This document shows positions 63,274 through 64,000 of a DNA stretch of 64,000 nucleotides, in pieces. Origin of the DNA: the human T2T-CHM13v2.0 reference genome, Homo sapiens; assembly GCF_009914755.1 (NCBI RefSeq), contig NC_060931.1; one strand, written 5' to 3'. The position numbers and the translations under genes are program-made. Numbering within the stretch: position 1 is the stretch's first letter; each line of letters starts with the position of its first letter. Below the pieces are notes generated by a model that saw nothing but the letters and a program-made list of their open reading frames with translations, searched no databases and was not told where the DNA came from.

Positions 63274-63572
63274 TTTTTTTTTTTTTTAATTTGAGACAGG
63301 GTCTCGCTCTGTCACCCAGGCTGGAGTGTAGTGGCATGATCGTAGCTTACAGTAGCCTCAAATTTCTTGGCTCAAGTGATCCTCCCACTTCTTCCTCTGG
63401 AATAGCCGGGACTACAGGCATGCACCAACATGTCTGGCTTTTAAAAATTTTTTGGAGAGGCAGCGTCTTGCTATGTTGCCCAGGCTGATTTCGAACTCCT
63501 GGGTTTAAGCAATCCTCCCACCTTGGCCTCCCAAGGTGTGGAGATTATAGGCATGAGCTACTACATCCAGCT
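63274..63572 (-). mobile_element. AluJ
   Basis: Dimer. Confidence 0.9.
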
Positions 63573-64000
63573 GCATTGTACACATTATATGCAAAATAGA
63601 AGCAATCTGATGGGAAAGGAAGAAGATGAGGCTATTTAATGAAGCAAATTAGTTTTATGTCAGATTACACTCTCAGGTATGAAATATTTCTGAAAAAAAA
63701 AAGTTTGTGCAAAACACAGCGCTCTTATTATTGCACATTTCCTCCCTTTTGCTTGCTCAAGACAAATGCAATGCTGAAGAGGTTTTTACTCTGATGCTCT
63801 AACAAGAAGTGTACTTCTGTCACATCCAGAGTGACTGATAATGGTCAGGCCTATCCATTACTCCATTCAAATAATAGGGTTTCCTTGCTTTTAAGGTCAC
63901 TTGAGCTATAATGTTGTTATTGTCCTTTCTTCTGCTCTGTAGTCTCATTTTCCCAGAGGATTGGTAGAGAGAGAAAGGGGCATTGGGCAGCACTCAGTCA

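Overview
Primate (most likely human) non-coding genomic DNA. I find no protein-coding gene, RNA gene or CpG island. By my manual count the window holds about 90 Alu elements or fragments (roughly 40% of bases; J, S and Y types plus a FAM and FLAM/FRAM monomers). It also contains one very old minus-strand L1 that still has its 5' end (about 164-8615, running off the left edge), several L1 3' ends, a HAL1 fragment, and solo or partial LTRs (MER50-, MER51-, MER57-, LTR26-, LTR16-like, MSTA/MSTB, MLT1, MLT2). MIR, L2, L3/CR1 and MER5 remnants and microsatellites are scattered throughout. Nearly all ORFs in the track are Alu translations or chance ORFs; three are decayed L1 ORF2 pieces. Subfamily names come from my recollection of consensus sequences, not from a search, and coordinates are approximate to a few bases. 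I do not see a convincing new biological system. The best leads are a CpG-retaining MSTA next to an NRF2/MAF site (candidate regulatory element), a decayed LINE ORF1-like relic at 51.3-51.9 kb, a strong orphan splice acceptor at 49.08 kb, recurrent trimeric Alus, and several Alu junctions that look like old deletion scars.
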